A stretch of DNA of 64,000 nucleotides from an uncultured Blastochloridaceae bacterium (GCA_964351865.1 CAYGPJ010000008.1:34853-98852), one strand, 5' to 3'; positions 8,412 through 20,198 are shown, counted from the stretch's first letter. Numbers and translations: made by a program. The notes: generated by a model not told the origin, from the letters alone.

Positions 8412-9389
8412 ATGACTACGAACAAGGTAAATAAGTCTATACTGGTGCTCATCTTTGGGCGAGAGGCGCCGAGCACCCGCTTTCGCTGGCTGGAATTCCA
8501 ATCCCGCTTTGAATTCGCAGGCTGGCGGGTGGTCTATCATACGTTAGACGAAGTCAGAGATTTCAGTTTGTTGGAAGCATTTGATGTGGTGGTGTTGCAG
8601 AAGACGATGGTGTCGGGTGCCGTGCTGCGGCAAATCCGTCGCCATGCGCGGCGGTTGATCTATGATGTAGATGATCGGATTTGGATGCGTGCGGAACGAC
8701 CATATCGTGGATTGACGCGTTGGAAAATCGGACGTCGGATGCGTGCTATCTGTGAACAGGCGGATCAGTGTCTGGCTGCCAATTCACTGATTGCCGCAGA
8801 CCTGACGCAATTTGGTGCGCAGCCGGTGTTGGTGCCGATGGCACTTGATCCTGAGCGGTGGATTTTCCAGGCGCCGCGTCAGAAAGTGCCGCTCATCGGG
8901 TGGACTGGCGGACCGAAGAATCTGCCTTTTCTGGAAATGATTTTACCGGTTTTACGCGGGATTTTGAAGCAGCACGATTGCCGACTGGCTATTCATTGCG
9001 GCAAAGATCCCGGTTTTTCTGAGCTTGATTACGAATATGTTCCCTATCAGGCAGGGCTGGAGAGCGAGGTAGTACGAAATTTTGACATCGGGCTGTGCCC
9101 GTTACCGGATGATCCGTTTAGTTGTGGAAAATCACCGATAAAGGTTTTGCAATATCTGGCCTCCGGCGCGGCGGTGGTGGCCTCGCCGCATGGCGCGGTG
9201 CAAGACATACTGACGGCAGATGAGACCGGCTTCTGGGCGGAGGATATAGAGGCTTGGCAACTGCAGCTTAGCTGTCTCATTGCGGACGCGGCCCTGCGCG
9301 ATCAGATGGCACGGCAGGGGCGGGATCGACTGGAGGAGCATTACGCTTCAGCCGCAATCTTTCAGCAAATGCTGGCGTTTTTGTCGTAA
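8412..9389 (+). CDS. glycosyltransferase (GT1/GT4-like GT-B fold)
   Basis: 325 aa. The C-terminal CGKSPIKVLQYLASGAAVVASPHGAVQDILTADETGFW resembles the nucleotide-sugar binding region of GT-B enzymes. Confidence 0.55.
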   Translation: MTTNKVNKSILVLIFGREAPSTRFRWLEFQSRFEFAGWRVVYHTLDEVRDFSLLEAFDVVVLQKTMVSGAVLRQIRRHARRLIYDVDDRIWMRAERPYRGLTRWKIGRRMRAICEQADQCLAANSLIAADLTQFGAQPVLVPMALDPERWIFQAPRQKVPLIGWTGGPKNLPFLEMILPVLRGILKQHDCRLAIHCGKDPGFSELDYEYVPYQAGLESEVVRNFDIGLCPLPDDPFSCGKSPIKVLQYLASGAAVVASPHGAVQDILTADETGFWAEDIEAWQLQLSCLIADAALRDQMARQGRDRLEEHYASAAIFQQMLAFLS

Positions 9390-9515
9390 ACTGTAAATTT
9401 TCAGACTGGTATGCTGATCGATTTCAGCCGTCTTCGCCAAGCATGTCAGGTATTGGGCAGCTATTAACTTAACTAATTTTTAATCTTTCTCGTTGCCAAT
9501 AATTTTTGATTCTCT

Positions 9516-11378
9516 ATGCCAATAATAATGGAAAACGAAATCCAGCAACTTATTGACAGTCAGACTATAACGCCCGTGACGGGTGAGAAATTGAAGCATT
9601 TAACCCCAGGCAGCTGCTGCCGGCATAAAAGTTGGGGGGCTGGAGTTGTTAAGAGTTGGGATACACTCGCAGGCAAACTCATCATCGATTTTATTGGTAA
9701 ACCCGGCCATGCGATGGAGATGGAGTATTCCACGCACTCACTACGCCCGCTTCCGGAAGATCACATTGAAAGCAAAATTCTGCGTGATCTGGAGAAGCTG
9801 AAAACTCAGAGTAAAGAAGCCCCGGTGGATCTGATGATTACGGTTATCAGCAGCCTTGGCAAGTTGGCAACCATCGAGCGGATTGAAATGGTCTTGTCCG
9901 GAACTGTGATTGCCAAAGATGATTGGAAGAAGTGGTGGGACAGCACCAAGAAAGCGATGAAGAAAGATGGCCGCTTCGAAGTGCCTACCCGGCGCACGAT
10001 CCAAATCATGATGCATGAGGAAGCACCGGATCGATGTGACTTCGCATTGGAAAATTTAAAGAGTAGTGCGGGTCCGAAAGATGTGCTGAAGGCACTGGAT
10101 GAACTCAATAAGCACTGGAAGGCTGGCCACGAGAACGTGGATCTCGATGCGGTATTGACTGAAGTCGATCGCATTCTGGATAAACTACCTTCTTCACAGA
10201 AACATGCCGGAATCTCAATGGTATTGGCACGCCAAGAATTTTTAGCTAAGGCAGACGGAGGAGATCCTCATGTCAGTCACGTATTGGATCGCTTTCTGCC
10301 AAAGAACCCGCGTGACTTCGTTGAAATCCTGGAAGGCTTGCCATCGGCCAAGCAGGGGAAAGCCGTTGAGTTTGCTCGCAAGGCCTGGAAAGATCAATGG
10401 GATCAGTTAGCACCGAAATTGTTATCGGTCGGTAATGCCAAGATCTGTGATGTGGTGATTCAAACCTATCGGGATGCGGGCAAGTTCGATGAGCTGGTGG
10501 CGATTCTGGAGCGGTTGGTTAGTGAGCGTAAGCTGCATTACGACTTCATGCACTGGCTTTGTAAGAATCGTAAGGACGAATTCCGTCCTCTGGTGAACCA
10601 CAATCTTTTCACCGCGATTCTATCCGTGTTGGAACTGGAACAATTGGGTGGCAGTCGTAAGGCCAGTAAGTTGGAGCGGATATTGTTCACTGACAAATCT
10701 CTGGTGAAAGACTTGATGGAATCCGCTACGGACGAGCAAGTGCGCGACGTGACCCGAGCCATTCTCTCTACCCCGGCTTTCGAAGAACTGGACAAGCGTT
10801 CATTGCTGGCCACCTTCGTGAAACTCTATCCATTCGTGCAGGACATGATCACCAAGTCGATGACGGGTGGCTCCGCTGCCAAGAGTGAAGAAGCTCCCGC
10901 AGTGATCATCGTATCATGGCCCAGCCTCAAGAAGCGTCAGGCTGAACTCGAAGAGCTGGTGACCAAGAAGATTCCAGAGAACAGTAAAGAAATTGCCGTG
11001 GCGCGTTCCTACGGAGATTTGAAAGAAAACCATGAATTCAAATCTGCCAAAGAACAGCAAACTATCCTCATGCGCCGTCAGGCCGAGTTGGAGTCTGATC
11101 TGGCTAACGCTCAAGGCACTGATTTCCGCGATGTGGATACCAGCGTGGTGAATGTTGGAACGGTTGTCACCATTTCGGATGAGAAAAGTGGCGATACGCA
11201 GGACTTCAGTATTCTGGGAGCGTGGGACAGTGATCCTGAGAAAGGGATTATTTCCTACAACACCGGTGTTGCACAGGCGATGATGCAGAAATCAGTCGGC
11301 GATGTCGTGAAGCTGAAACTGGAAGACGGCGGGACGCGGCAGGTCAAGATTGAGAAAATTAAGGGATACCAGGCCTGA
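9516..11378 (+). CDS. greA: long-form GreA-family transcript cleavage/elongation factor with an N-terminal CarD/Tudor-like domain
   Basis: 620 aa. The C-terminal 160 aa carry GreA-like ARSYGDLKENHEFKSAKEQQ (coiled-coil finger) and GIISYNTGVAQAMMQKSVGDVV (GreA/B C-terminal domain). The N-terminal HKSWGAGVVKSWD...LIIDF resembles the CarD_TRCF RNAP-interacting module. The start could be Met5 (9528). Confidence 0.7.
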   Translation: MPIIMENEIQQLIDSQTITPVTGEKLKHLTPGSCCRHKSWGAGVVKSWDTLAGKLIIDFIGKPGHAMEMEYSTHSLRPLPEDHIESKILRDLEKLKTQSKEAPVDLMITVISSLGKLATIERIEMVLSGTVIAKDDWKKWWDSTKKAMKKDGRFEVPTRRTIQIMMHEEAPDRCDFALENLKSSAGPKDVLKALDELNKHWKAGHENVDLDAVLTEVDRILDKLPSSQKHAGISMVLARQEFLAKADGGDPHVSHVLDRFLPKNPRDFVEILEGLPSAKQGKAVEFARKAWKDQWDQLAPKLLSVGNAKICDVVIQTYRDAGKFDELVAILERLVSERKLHYDFMHWLCKNRKDEFRPLVNHNLFTAILSVLELEQLGGSRKASKLERILFTDKSLVKDLMESATDEQVRDVTRAILSTPAFEELDKRSLLATFVKLYPFVQDMITKSMTGGSAAKSEEAPAVIIVSWPSLKKRQAELEELVTKKIPENSKEIAVARSYGDLKENHEFKSAKEQQTILMRRQAELESDLANAQGTDFRDVDTSVVNVGTVVTISDEKSGDTQDFSILGAWDSDPEKGIISYNTGVAQAMMQKSVGDVVKLKLEDGGTRQVKIEKIKGYQA

Positions 11379-11459
11379 TCGCTGAGTTTGTCAGAAAAAA
11401 CAGACTGAATTAATTAAGCATTTAAACTGTACATATTGAACCCAAACCAATAAAACTAA

Positions 11460-13098
<1,639 letters not shown>

Positions 13099-13150
13099 TG
13101 CGAATGTGTTCGATTCTTGATCAAGTGGGCGTGGATCATATCATGAAATC

Positions 13151-14317
13151 ATGTTGAGTCCGCCTAGATCCGCGAACCACTTTTACTTTGCCAGGTATTG
13201 CGGTGCCCTGTTGGTGGGGTGCCTGCTACACTCATCCGTGTTGGCCCAGCCGGCAGAACAATCGCCGACTCAAGATAATCCAGTGGTTCAACGCAAGATT
13301 GCTGCCGGGGATGCGATTAAGATTATTGTTTTTGAAGAAGAGAATCTTACCACCGAAGCGACGGTTACACCTTCTGGAAAAATCATGTTTCCATTTTTAG
13401 GGGAGTTGCAGGTCGAGGGATTGACGTTGGTGGAACTGGCTGAAAATATCCGGAAGCGATTAGATGAGGACTACATCATTGATCCGCAGGTGAGTGTGTT
13501 TCTGGTGTCACAGGTGGTGGAGGAAATTTCGGTCATGGGGGCGGTAGTCAAACCGGGCCAAATTAAGATTCCGGAAAATAATCCACTGAATATCATTCAA
13601 GCGATTGGCATGGCTGGAGGATTTACCCAGCAAGCGAATCGTTCTAAAGTGATTTTACATCGGCAAACGGGTGACGGGGGCGTTGAGCAGCAGGAGGTGT
13701 TGATTAAAAGCGAGCAGGCCTTGCAGCCGTTGAGTGCCAAGGATTCAATCACGGTACTCATGGCTTCCACTAGCGATCGACTGACGATCATTGGAGAGGT
13801 AAAAACTCCCGGCACCATCAATGTTGCACCGGAACAGATGCCGATCGATTTGTTGAGTGCAGTGGCTTTAGCGGGAGGCTTCACTGAGATGGCGGATCTC
13901 AAGCAGGTGTTGCTCAAACGTAGCGAGAACGGAGAAAACCGCGTGTTTAAACTCGATGCGCTGGCGATGCTGGAAGATCCGAGCAGCCACTCATTTTTTC
14001 TCAAGACGGGCGATATCGTGACGATTAATCAGCGCAAAAAGCAGATGATTACCATTATGGGGCAGGTGGAAGAGCCTGGAGGGATCGAATTGCCTGCCAA
14101 CCCGGATCAACCGGTCGACTTGTTGCGGGCGATCGCCATGGCCGGAGGCTTTACTAACATCGCTGACCCCAAACGGGTACAACTTCGCCGGACAATCGAA
14201 AGCGGAGAAGTGAAAATCTATAAAATCAATACGCGGGAACTCGCCAATAATCCCGATAGCAAACCGGTGTTGATCCTGCCGGGTGATGTGATTTCGATTC
14301 CCGAGAGTATGTTTTGA
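13151..14317 (+). CDS. polysaccharide export protein (Wza-like: Poly_export plus repeated SLBB domains)
   Basis: 388 aa with a signal peptide. The Poly_export-like region is GDAIKIIVFEE...VTPSGKIMFPFLGELQVEGLT. The unit G.V..PG...........L..A...AGGFT..A is repeated four times. Confidence 0.8.
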   Translation: MLSPPRSANHFYFARYCGALLVGCLLHSSVLAQPAEQSPTQDNPVVQRKIAAGDAIKIIVFEEENLTTEATVTPSGKIMFPFLGELQVEGLTLVELAENIRKRLDEDYIIDPQVSVFLVSQVVEEISVMGAVVKPGQIKIPENNPLNIIQAIGMAGGFTQQANRSKVILHRQTGDGGVEQQEVLIKSEQALQPLSAKDSITVLMASTSDRLTIIGEVKTPGTINVAPEQMPIDLLSAVALAGGFTEMADLKQVLLKRSENGENRVFKLDALAMLEDPSSHSFFLKTGDIVTINQRKKQMITIMGQVEEPGGIELPANPDQPVDLLRAIAMAGGFTNIADPKRVQLRRTIESGEVKIYKINTRELANNPDSKPVLILPGDVISIPESMF

Positions 14318-14501
14318 GGAGTCATGGGGAACGGGCGGGTTTGAGCTGCCAACTCCGATGAAATCGCGAAGGTGGCGCGAATGAAGACAAATTCACACGG
14401 ACTCAGACATGCGCGTCCTAATAGCAGTCTTCACCAACTATTCGAAAAGCTAATAAATAAAAGATTGTCAAAAAAACAAAACTCGATATGGTTGTCCGCG
14501 T

Positions 14502-15488
14502 ATGTCAGAACAACCTATACGAGTTGCAGTCACCGGTGCCGCCGGTCAAATTGGATATTCACTTCTTTTCCGTATTGCATCCGGTGCAATGTTCGGGCCG
14601 GATCGTCCGGTGATTTTGCAGTTACTGGAAATTCCAGTGGATGCGGCGATGAAAGCGCTGGAAGGAGTCGCCATGGAACTGGATGATTGTGCCTTCCCGC
14701 TACTCAAGGGCATTGAAATGAGCAGTGATGCTAAAGTTGGCTTTAAAGATGCCAACTGGTGTCTGTTGGTCGGGGCTAAACCGCGTGGCCCGGGCATGGA
14801 GCGTGCTGATTTGCTGAAAGGCAATGGAGCCATATTTACGGCCCAAGGGGAAGTGATTGATGCGGTTGCCGCTGATGATGCGCGCATCGCAGTGGTGGGA
14901 AATCCTGCCAATACCAACTGCATGATCGCAGCCAGTAAGGCCAAACGACTGACGCCAGACCGCTTCACTGCGATGGTGCGACTGGATCAGAATCGTGCTC
15001 AAACGCAATTGGCTAAGAAAGCCGGGGCAGAGTTAACCGATGTGAAAGATATCTTTATCTACGGAAACCACAGCCCGAGCATGTTCCCCGCATTTGGTCA
15101 GGCAACAATCCGAGGTAAGGCTGCAACAGAAGTGATCGGTGATGAAGCCTATTTACAGGGAGAATTCTGTGAAACGGTCGGTAAGCGCGGGGCTGCCATC
15201 ATTGCAGCGCGTGGAGCGTCTTCAGCCGCTTCAGCCGCTAATGCCTTAGTGGATCATGTTCGTGACCTGATGACGCCGGGAGCGATCCATTCTGTGGCCG
15301 TAAAGAGCAACGGCGCCTATGGCTTCGACCCTGAAGTCTGGGCTGGTCTCCCCGTTAAAACCACCACACCGGGTAGCTATGAAGTGATCGAAGGCCAAGC
15401 CATGGATGAATTCGCCCAGTCCAAGCTTAAAACCACCAATCAGGAACTGGTGGATGAGCGGGAAATGGTAAAGGACATGCTGAGCTAG
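14502..15488 (+). CDS. mdh: malate dehydrogenase (LDH-like, type 2)
   Basis: 328 aa. The N-terminal [23 protein letters not shown] and the VVGNPANTN motif are present. Confidence 0.9.
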   Translation: MSEQPIRVAVTGAAGQIGYSLLFRIASGAMFGPDRPVILQLLEIPVDAAMKALEGVAMELDDCAFPLLKGIEMSSDAKVGFKDANWCLLVGAKPRGPGMERADLLKGNGAIFTAQGEVIDAVAADDARIAVVGNPANTNCMIAASKAKRLTPDRFTAMVRLDQNRAQTQLAKKAGAELTDVKDIFIYGNHSPSMFPAFGQATIRGKAATEVIGDEAYLQGEFCETVGKRGAAIIAARGASSAASAANALVDHVRDLMTPGAIHSVAVKSNGAYGFDPEVWAGLPVKTTTPGSYEVIEGQAMDEFAQSKLKTTNQELVDEREMVKDMLS

Positions 15489-15521
15489 ACCGTCTTTCTG
15501 ATTGAGTATCGTTAATCTTGA

Positions 15522-15556
15522 ATGAGCCCTGTCTTTTGAAAAGTAGGGCTTATTTG
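15522..15556 (+). terminator. possible weak intrinsic terminator after mdh
   Basis: atgagccct-N15-agggcttat forms a stem (one G-U pair), followed by a short T run (tattt). Confidence 0.35.
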
Positions 15557-15641
15557 AGGCAATTGCTCAAATAAGAAAAAATGATTTTACCCTAAGTAGA
15601 TTGGCTGGAGCTGAAAAAAATCAAAAAAAAATCATAATTAG

Positions 15642-15670
15642 TTGACACTAATAGCCAAAATACCTAGAAA
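15642..15670 (+). promoter_or_regulatory. candidate sigma-70-type promoter for tRNA-Thr/tuf
   Basis: TTGACA (15642-15647), a 17-nt spacer, then TAGAAA (15665-15670). It is preceded by the A-tract aatcaaaaaaaaatcataatta. The same layout recurs upstream of rpsL. Confidence 0.4.
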
Positions 15671-15770
15671 CCTCGTTCCCATTCTATCGAAAAGCACCCA
15701 AGTGAGTTTCGAACAGAAAGGGGGAACGGACACCTCAAAAGGGTTTTCGTGGCCTGTCCGGCGGTTGCCT

Positions 15771-15842
<72 letters not shown>

Positions 15843-15972
15843 CGCGGAACAAGTTAGAGACAACAGTAATAAAGTTAGTGGTACTAAAGATAAAGAGAAT
15901 TTAATCTTTTAACAACAAAACAGGAACAAAGGATAGGCTGACAAACAGCTAAGAAAAAGGAGTAGCATAGTT

Positions 15973-17160
15973 ATGGCTAAAGAATCATTCACGCGGGATA
16001 AGCCGCACGTAAATATCGGAACTATCGGTCACGTTGACCATGGTAAAACCACCCTGACGGCAGCGATCTGCAGCACTCTGGCCAAAGCAGGCCTTTCTGA
16101 AGTGCGTGACTACGCTTCTATTGACAACGCTCCTGAAGAAAAAGAGCGTGGTATCACTATTAACACAACGCACGTTGAGTATCAGACGGAAGCACGTCAC
16201 TACGCTCACGTGGATTGTCCGGGACATGCCGATTACGTTAAAAACATGATCACTGGTGCCGCTCAGATGGACGGAGCAATCCTCGTCTGTTCTGCTGCTG
16301 ATGGGCCAATGCCTCAGACTCGTGAGCACATCTTGCTGGCTCGCCAGGTAGGTGTTCCTAGCCTTGTGGTCTTCTTGAACAAGGTTGACATGGTTGATGA
16401 TGAAGAACTGCTCGAGTTGGTAGAGCTTGAAGTTCGTGAATTGCTCTCCAAGTATGAATTCCCAGGTGATGAAATTCCCATCGTAGCTGGTAGTGCACTT
16501 AAAGCACTCGAAGGTGATGCGAAATACGAAGAAAAGATATTGGAACTCATGAAGGCTGTGGATGAATACATCCCACTTCCAGAGCGTCCGAAAGATCAGG
16601 CCTTCCTGATGGCGATCGAAGATGTGTTCAACATCGCTGGTCGTGGAACCGTTGCAACCGGTCGTGTAGAGCGTGGAATTCTTAACCGCAACGATGAAGT
16701 TGAAGTCGTTGGCATTAAGCCGACTTCCAAGACGGTGGTGACTGATATCGAAATGTTCCGCAAGATCCTCGACAGCGCTGAAGCTGGCGACAACGTCGGT
16801 ATTCTGCTGCGTGGTGTTAAGAAAGAAGACATCGAGCGTGGACAGGTTCTGGCTAAACCGGGATCAATCACTCCTCATACCAAATTTGAAGCAACCGTAT
16901 ACGTTCTGAGCAAGGACGAAGGTGGACGTCACACTCCATTCTTTACTGGATACCGCCCTCAGTTCTACTTCCGCACGACGGATGTAACTGGTGTTGCTCA
17001 CTTGAACGACGGTGTTGAAATGGTAATGCCCGGTGATAACGTTGAAAAACTGAACATCGAGTTGATCACCCCGATCGCTATGCAGGAAGCTATGCGCTTT
17101 GCTATTCGTGAAGGTGGTCGCACCGTTGGTGCAGGTCGTGTGACCAAGATTATTGAATAA
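15973..17160 (+). CDS. tuf: elongation factor Tu
   Basis: 395 aa. Contains [18 protein letters not shown] and NKVD. Confidence 0.97.
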   Translation: MAKESFTRDKPHVNIGTIGHVDHGKTTLTAAICSTLAKAGLSEVRDYASIDNAPEEKERGITINTTHVEYQTEARHYAHVDCPGHADYVKNMITGAAQMDGAILVCSAADGPMPQTREHILLARQVGVPSLVVFLNKVDMVDDEELLELVELEVRELLSKYEFPGDEIPIVAGSALKALEGDAKYEEKILELMKAVDEYIPLPERPKDQAFLMAIEDVFNIAGRGTVATGRVERGILNRNDEVEVVGIKPTSKTVVTDIEMFRKILDSAEAGDNVGILLRGVKKEDIERGQVLAKPGSITPHTKFEATVYVLSKDEGGRHTPFFTGYRPQFYFRTTDVTGVAHLNDGVEMVMPGDNVEKLNIELITPIAMQEAMRFAIREGGRTVGAGRVTKIIE

Positions 17161-17256
17161 ATCAATCTTGGAACGGTCTGAACCTCGCGGTTTTGATTTA
17201 TCGGGTAGCCGGACTCCGTCGATACGGGGTTCGGTTTTCCCATTAATACAAACCAT

Positions 17257-17329
17257 AGGGCAGTAGTTCAATTGGTAGAATCGCGGTCTCCAAAACCGTT
17301 GGTTGGGGGTTCGAGTCCCTCCTGCCCTG
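17257..17329 (+). tRNA. tRNA-Trp (anticodon CCA)
   Basis: Acceptor agggcag/ctgccct. Anticodon stem gcggt/accgt with loop ctCCAaa. T loop ttcgagt. This is the classical tuf-tRNA-Trp-secE position. Confidence 0.85.
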
Positions 17330-17344
17330 CGGAAAGTTTATAAA

Positions 17345-17647
17345 GTGGAAAATTATTTAATTAACAATAGCTGGTTTATCAGTGCTCTTGTCTACGGACT
17401 GGGGTTACTGCTACTCGTATTACTGATCGTATACCGACAGGCATGGACGAAGTTCATGCATGAGGTGCGTACCGAGCTGGGCAAATGCTCCTGGCCGTGG
17501 GATCCGGAACAAACCGGTCTGCGCAAGTATAAGCAATTGATCGATTCGACCGTGGTCGTGATCGTTTCCACCATCTTACTAGCAGGTTATATTACCGGCT
17601 TTGACTATCTCATCGGTAACTTGGTGGGATTTCTGGTTAATTTTTAA
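17345..17647 (+). CDS. secE: preprotein translocase subunit SecE
   Basis: FMHEVRTELGKCSWP followed by a C-terminal TM helix, located before nusG. The start is set to the in-frame GTG at 17345, because the track start 17303 lies inside tRNA-Trp. Confidence 0.75.
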   Translation: MENYLINNSWFISALVYGLGLLLLVLLIVYRQAWTKFMHEVRTELGKCSWPWDPEQTGLRKYKQLIDSTVVVIVSTILLAGYITGFDYLIGNLVGFLVNF

Positions 17648-18256
17648 ATGAACGACGACACTAATACCAATCCCACGGAAGCAGCGGCAGCAGGAGTAGA
17701 AGCTCCGAAACAAGGACAATGGTTTGCTGTTCACGTGCTTTCCGGACAAGAAGAAAGTGTGCGTAAGCACATGCAGAGCCGGATCAAGATGATGGAGCTC
17801 AACGCTGAGGTCCATGAGATCGTCATTCCCAGTGAGCGAGTTTCCGAAGTTAAGCGTGGCAAGAAAACCGAAGTGGAGCGCAAGCTTTACCCAGGTTATA
17901 TCTTCGTGAACTTGAATCTGCTGGATGAAGAGAAAAAGCTGAACGAACCTTGCTGGTATTTCATCCGTGAAACTCCGGGTGTCATCGGCTTTGCGGACGG
18001 AGATAATCCGATTCCGATGCGTAAAAAAGAAGTGGAAGGCATGCTTTCCCAGATGCGTGAAACTGAGGACAAGGTGGTTCCGAAAATTGCCTTTTCAATT
18101 AACGATTCCGTGCGCGTCGGTGACGGCCCCTTTGAAGGGCAGGAAGGACACATTGAAGAAATTGATGAAGAACGTGGTAGAGTTCGCGTGGCGGTCAGCA
18201 TATTTGGTCGTTCCACACCCGTGGATCTCGAATATTGGCAGGTAGAGAAAGTATAA
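17648..18256 (+). CDS. nusG: transcription termination/antitermination factor NusG
   Basis: 202 aa. NGN domain WFAVHVLSGQEESV and KOW motif VRVGDGPFEGQEGHIEEID. Confidence 0.92.
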   Translation: MNDDTNTNPTEAAAAGVEAPKQGQWFAVHVLSGQEESVRKHMQSRIKMMELNAEVHEIVIPSERVSEVKRGKKTEVERKLYPGYIFVNLNLLDEEKKLNEPCWYFIRETPGVIGFADGDNPIPMRKKEVEGMLSQMRETEDKVVPKIAFSINDSVRVGDGPFEGQEGHIEEIDEERGRVRVAVSIFGRSTPVDLEYWQVEKV

Positions 18257-18277
18257 TCTTTTAGGAAAAACAGAATT

Positions 18278-18703
18278 ATGGCTAAAGAAGTAACCAACAT
18301 TATTAAACTACAGATCCCCGCAGGACAGGCAAATCCGTCTCCTCCGGTCGGGCCTGCACTCGGTCAGGCTGGCGTCAACATTATGGCGTTCTGTAAGGAA
18401 TTTAACGCTCAGACTCAGAAGGAAGCAGGGAACATTTTTCCAGTAGTCATTACCGTCTATAAAGATAAGTCGTTCACTTTCATAACCAAATCACCACCAG
18501 CATCCGTATTGTTGAAGAAAGCTGCTAATGTGGCTTCCGGTTCCGCTGAACCCAACCGCACCAAGGTCGGGAAAGTGACTAAAAAGCAGATTATGGAAAT
18601 TGTTGAGATTAAGCGTAAGGACTTGACTGCTAATTCCGACGAAGCTGCGGCTCGCATTATCGAAGGCACTGCCCGTCAGTGTGGTATCGAAGTAGAAGGT
18701 TAA
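18278..18703 (+). CDS. rplK: 50S ribosomal protein L11
   Basis: 141 aa. [35 protein letters not shown]. Confidence 0.97.
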   Translation: MAKEVTNIIKLQIPAGQANPSPPVGPALGQAGVNIMAFCKEFNAQTQKEAGNIFPVVITVYKDKSFTFITKSPPASVLLKKAANVASGSAEPNRTKVGKVTKKQIMEIVEIKRKDLTANSDEAAARIIEGTARQCGIEVEG

Positions 18704-18790
18704 TTTGACAGTGACCCGGATGATTGAGGCCGGGAAAATAGTAGGAGCGTTCTTTAAATAGAACACGTTATTACTACAAAAGGAGAAAAC

Positions 18791-19486
18791 ATGGCTAAGA
18801 AACAAAGTAAGCGTTATCGCGCCGCCGCAGAACTGGTGGATGTTGAAAAAAAATATAGCTTGGATGAAGCAATTTCGTTATTGAAAAAGTTTCCTCCAAC
18901 CAAAGCAGATCAGACTGTTGATATTGCTTTTTCACTCGGAATTGATCCCCGGCACAGCGACCAGATGGTACGTGGCACGGTAGGACTTCCCAATGGATCT
19001 GGTAAAAACGTTCGAGTATTGGTATTCGCACAGGGGTCCGCCGCCGAAGCGGCTAAAGAAGCTGGCGCCGAATATGTCGGATTTGAAGATCTGATCAAAA
19101 AAGTTACCGGTGGATTTCAGGATTTTGACGTGGCGGTCGCAACTCCGGATGCCATGGCTGAAGTTCGTAAGCTCGGTCGGGTGCTTGGACCACGTGGTCT
19201 GATGCCTAATCCGAAGACGGGAACGGTGACTGAGGACACCGCTAAAGCCGTCAAGGAATGCAAAGCGGGCCGTGTAGAATTTAAAGTGGATAAAGCATCC
19301 AACATTCACGTGGTGTGTGGACGTCTCTCCTTCTCGGAAGAGGAAATCAAACAGAACGTAAATGAAGTGATCAGCGTGATCCAGAAAGCAAAACCGGCCA
19401 CAGCAAAAGGGCGGTACATGAAGGGTGCCGTGCTCGCCACGACCTTTTCTCCCGCGGTGCGACTGGACATATCATCACTTAACTAA
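18791..19486 (+). CDS. rplA: 50S ribosomal protein L1
   Basis: 231 aa. [21 protein letters not shown] and [16 protein letters not shown]. Confidence 0.97.
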   Translation: MAKKQSKRYRAAAELVDVEKKYSLDEAISLLKKFPPTKADQTVDIAFSLGIDPRHSDQMVRGTVGLPNGSGKNVRVLVFAQGSAAEAAKEAGAEYVGFEDLIKKVTGGFQDFDVAVATPDAMAEVRKLGRVLGPRGLMPNPKTGTVTEDTAKAVKECKAGRVEFKVDKASNIHVVCGRLSFSEEEIKQNVNEVISVIQKAKPATAKGRYMKGAVLATTFSPAVRLDISSLN

Positions 19487-19518
19487 TCTCGAGCACGAAC
19501 GACTAAAAGGATATTACT

Positions 19519-20031
19519 ATGCATCCAGCAAAAACAACTATTGTTGATGAAATTAAAACATGGCTCGATGATTCACCTTATGTGATCATCACCGATTACA
19601 CCGGAATGACGGTGGACCAATTCACCGAACTGCGTAACCGCCTCGGTGATGTGGACGCGTCTTGTCATGTGGTCAAAAACACTTTCCTGCGCCGCGCACT
19701 AAGCGACGCCGGGTTGCCTGACCTGAATGGAGAACTGAAAGGACAGACCGCTATTGTATACGGTCCATCGGATATCTCTGCTGCAGCGAAAGCACTGAAG
19801 ACCTTTAAATCTGAATTTGAAAAACCTGAGATCAAACTCGGCGTGCTGGACAAAAACGTCCTGGCAGCTGATGAGATTAAGGCAATTGCAGAGCTCCCAT
19901 CGCGGGAAGTCTTGCTGGCGAAGTTACTCTCCGTCATCAATGCGCCTGCAACGAAACTGGCAACCATGGTCAACACACCGGCAACTCAGCTGGTGCAGGT
20001 GATCAAGGCCAATGCCGAGAAGGGCGAGTAA
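19519..20031 (+). CDS. rplJ: 50S ribosomal protein L10
   Basis: 170 aa. Position between rplA and rplL, with an L10-like FTELRNRL...VVKNTFLRRAL. Confidence 0.9.
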   Translation: MHPAKTTIVDEIKTWLDDSPYVIITDYTGMTVDQFTELRNRLGDVDASCHVVKNTFLRRALSDAGLPDLNGELKGQTAIVYGPSDISAAAKALKTFKSEFEKPEIKLGVLDKNVLAADEIKAIAELPSREVLLAKLLSVINAPATKLATMVNTPATQLVQVIKANAEKGE

Positions 20032-20198
20032 GTAAATTAATAAACGATTTGAAATCGGTCGGGTTAAGTTAATTCCAAACCCAGCCGGTTTCTAAAATAA
20101 AAGGCAACGCGCCTTTTCTAGCCCGGGAGCCTTTCCGGGATAATTCGACAGCGGGTGCTGTCGGCTAGAATAGGCCAACAACCTGGAAATAAGAAACC

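Noticed and set aside
14465-14492. TTGTCA-16 nt-TATGGT promoter-like pair upstream of mdh
   Set aside because: The -10 element ends only 9 nt before the mdh ATG, which would imply a leaderless mRNA. It is possible but not supportable from sequence alone.
14372-14686. 104-aa ORF upstream of and overlapping mdh
   Set aside because: It overlaps the mdh start by 185 nt in another frame. Its composition is Arg/Ser/Cys-rich and it has no motif.
17303-17344. 5' extension of the secE ORF
   Set aside because: It lies inside tRNA-Trp (17257-17329).
18704-18790. rplK-rplA spacer hairpin (cccgg-N10-ccggg) as an L1-binding leader
   Set aside because: The stem is too short and generic to tie to the known L1 autoregulatory motif without a covariance model search.
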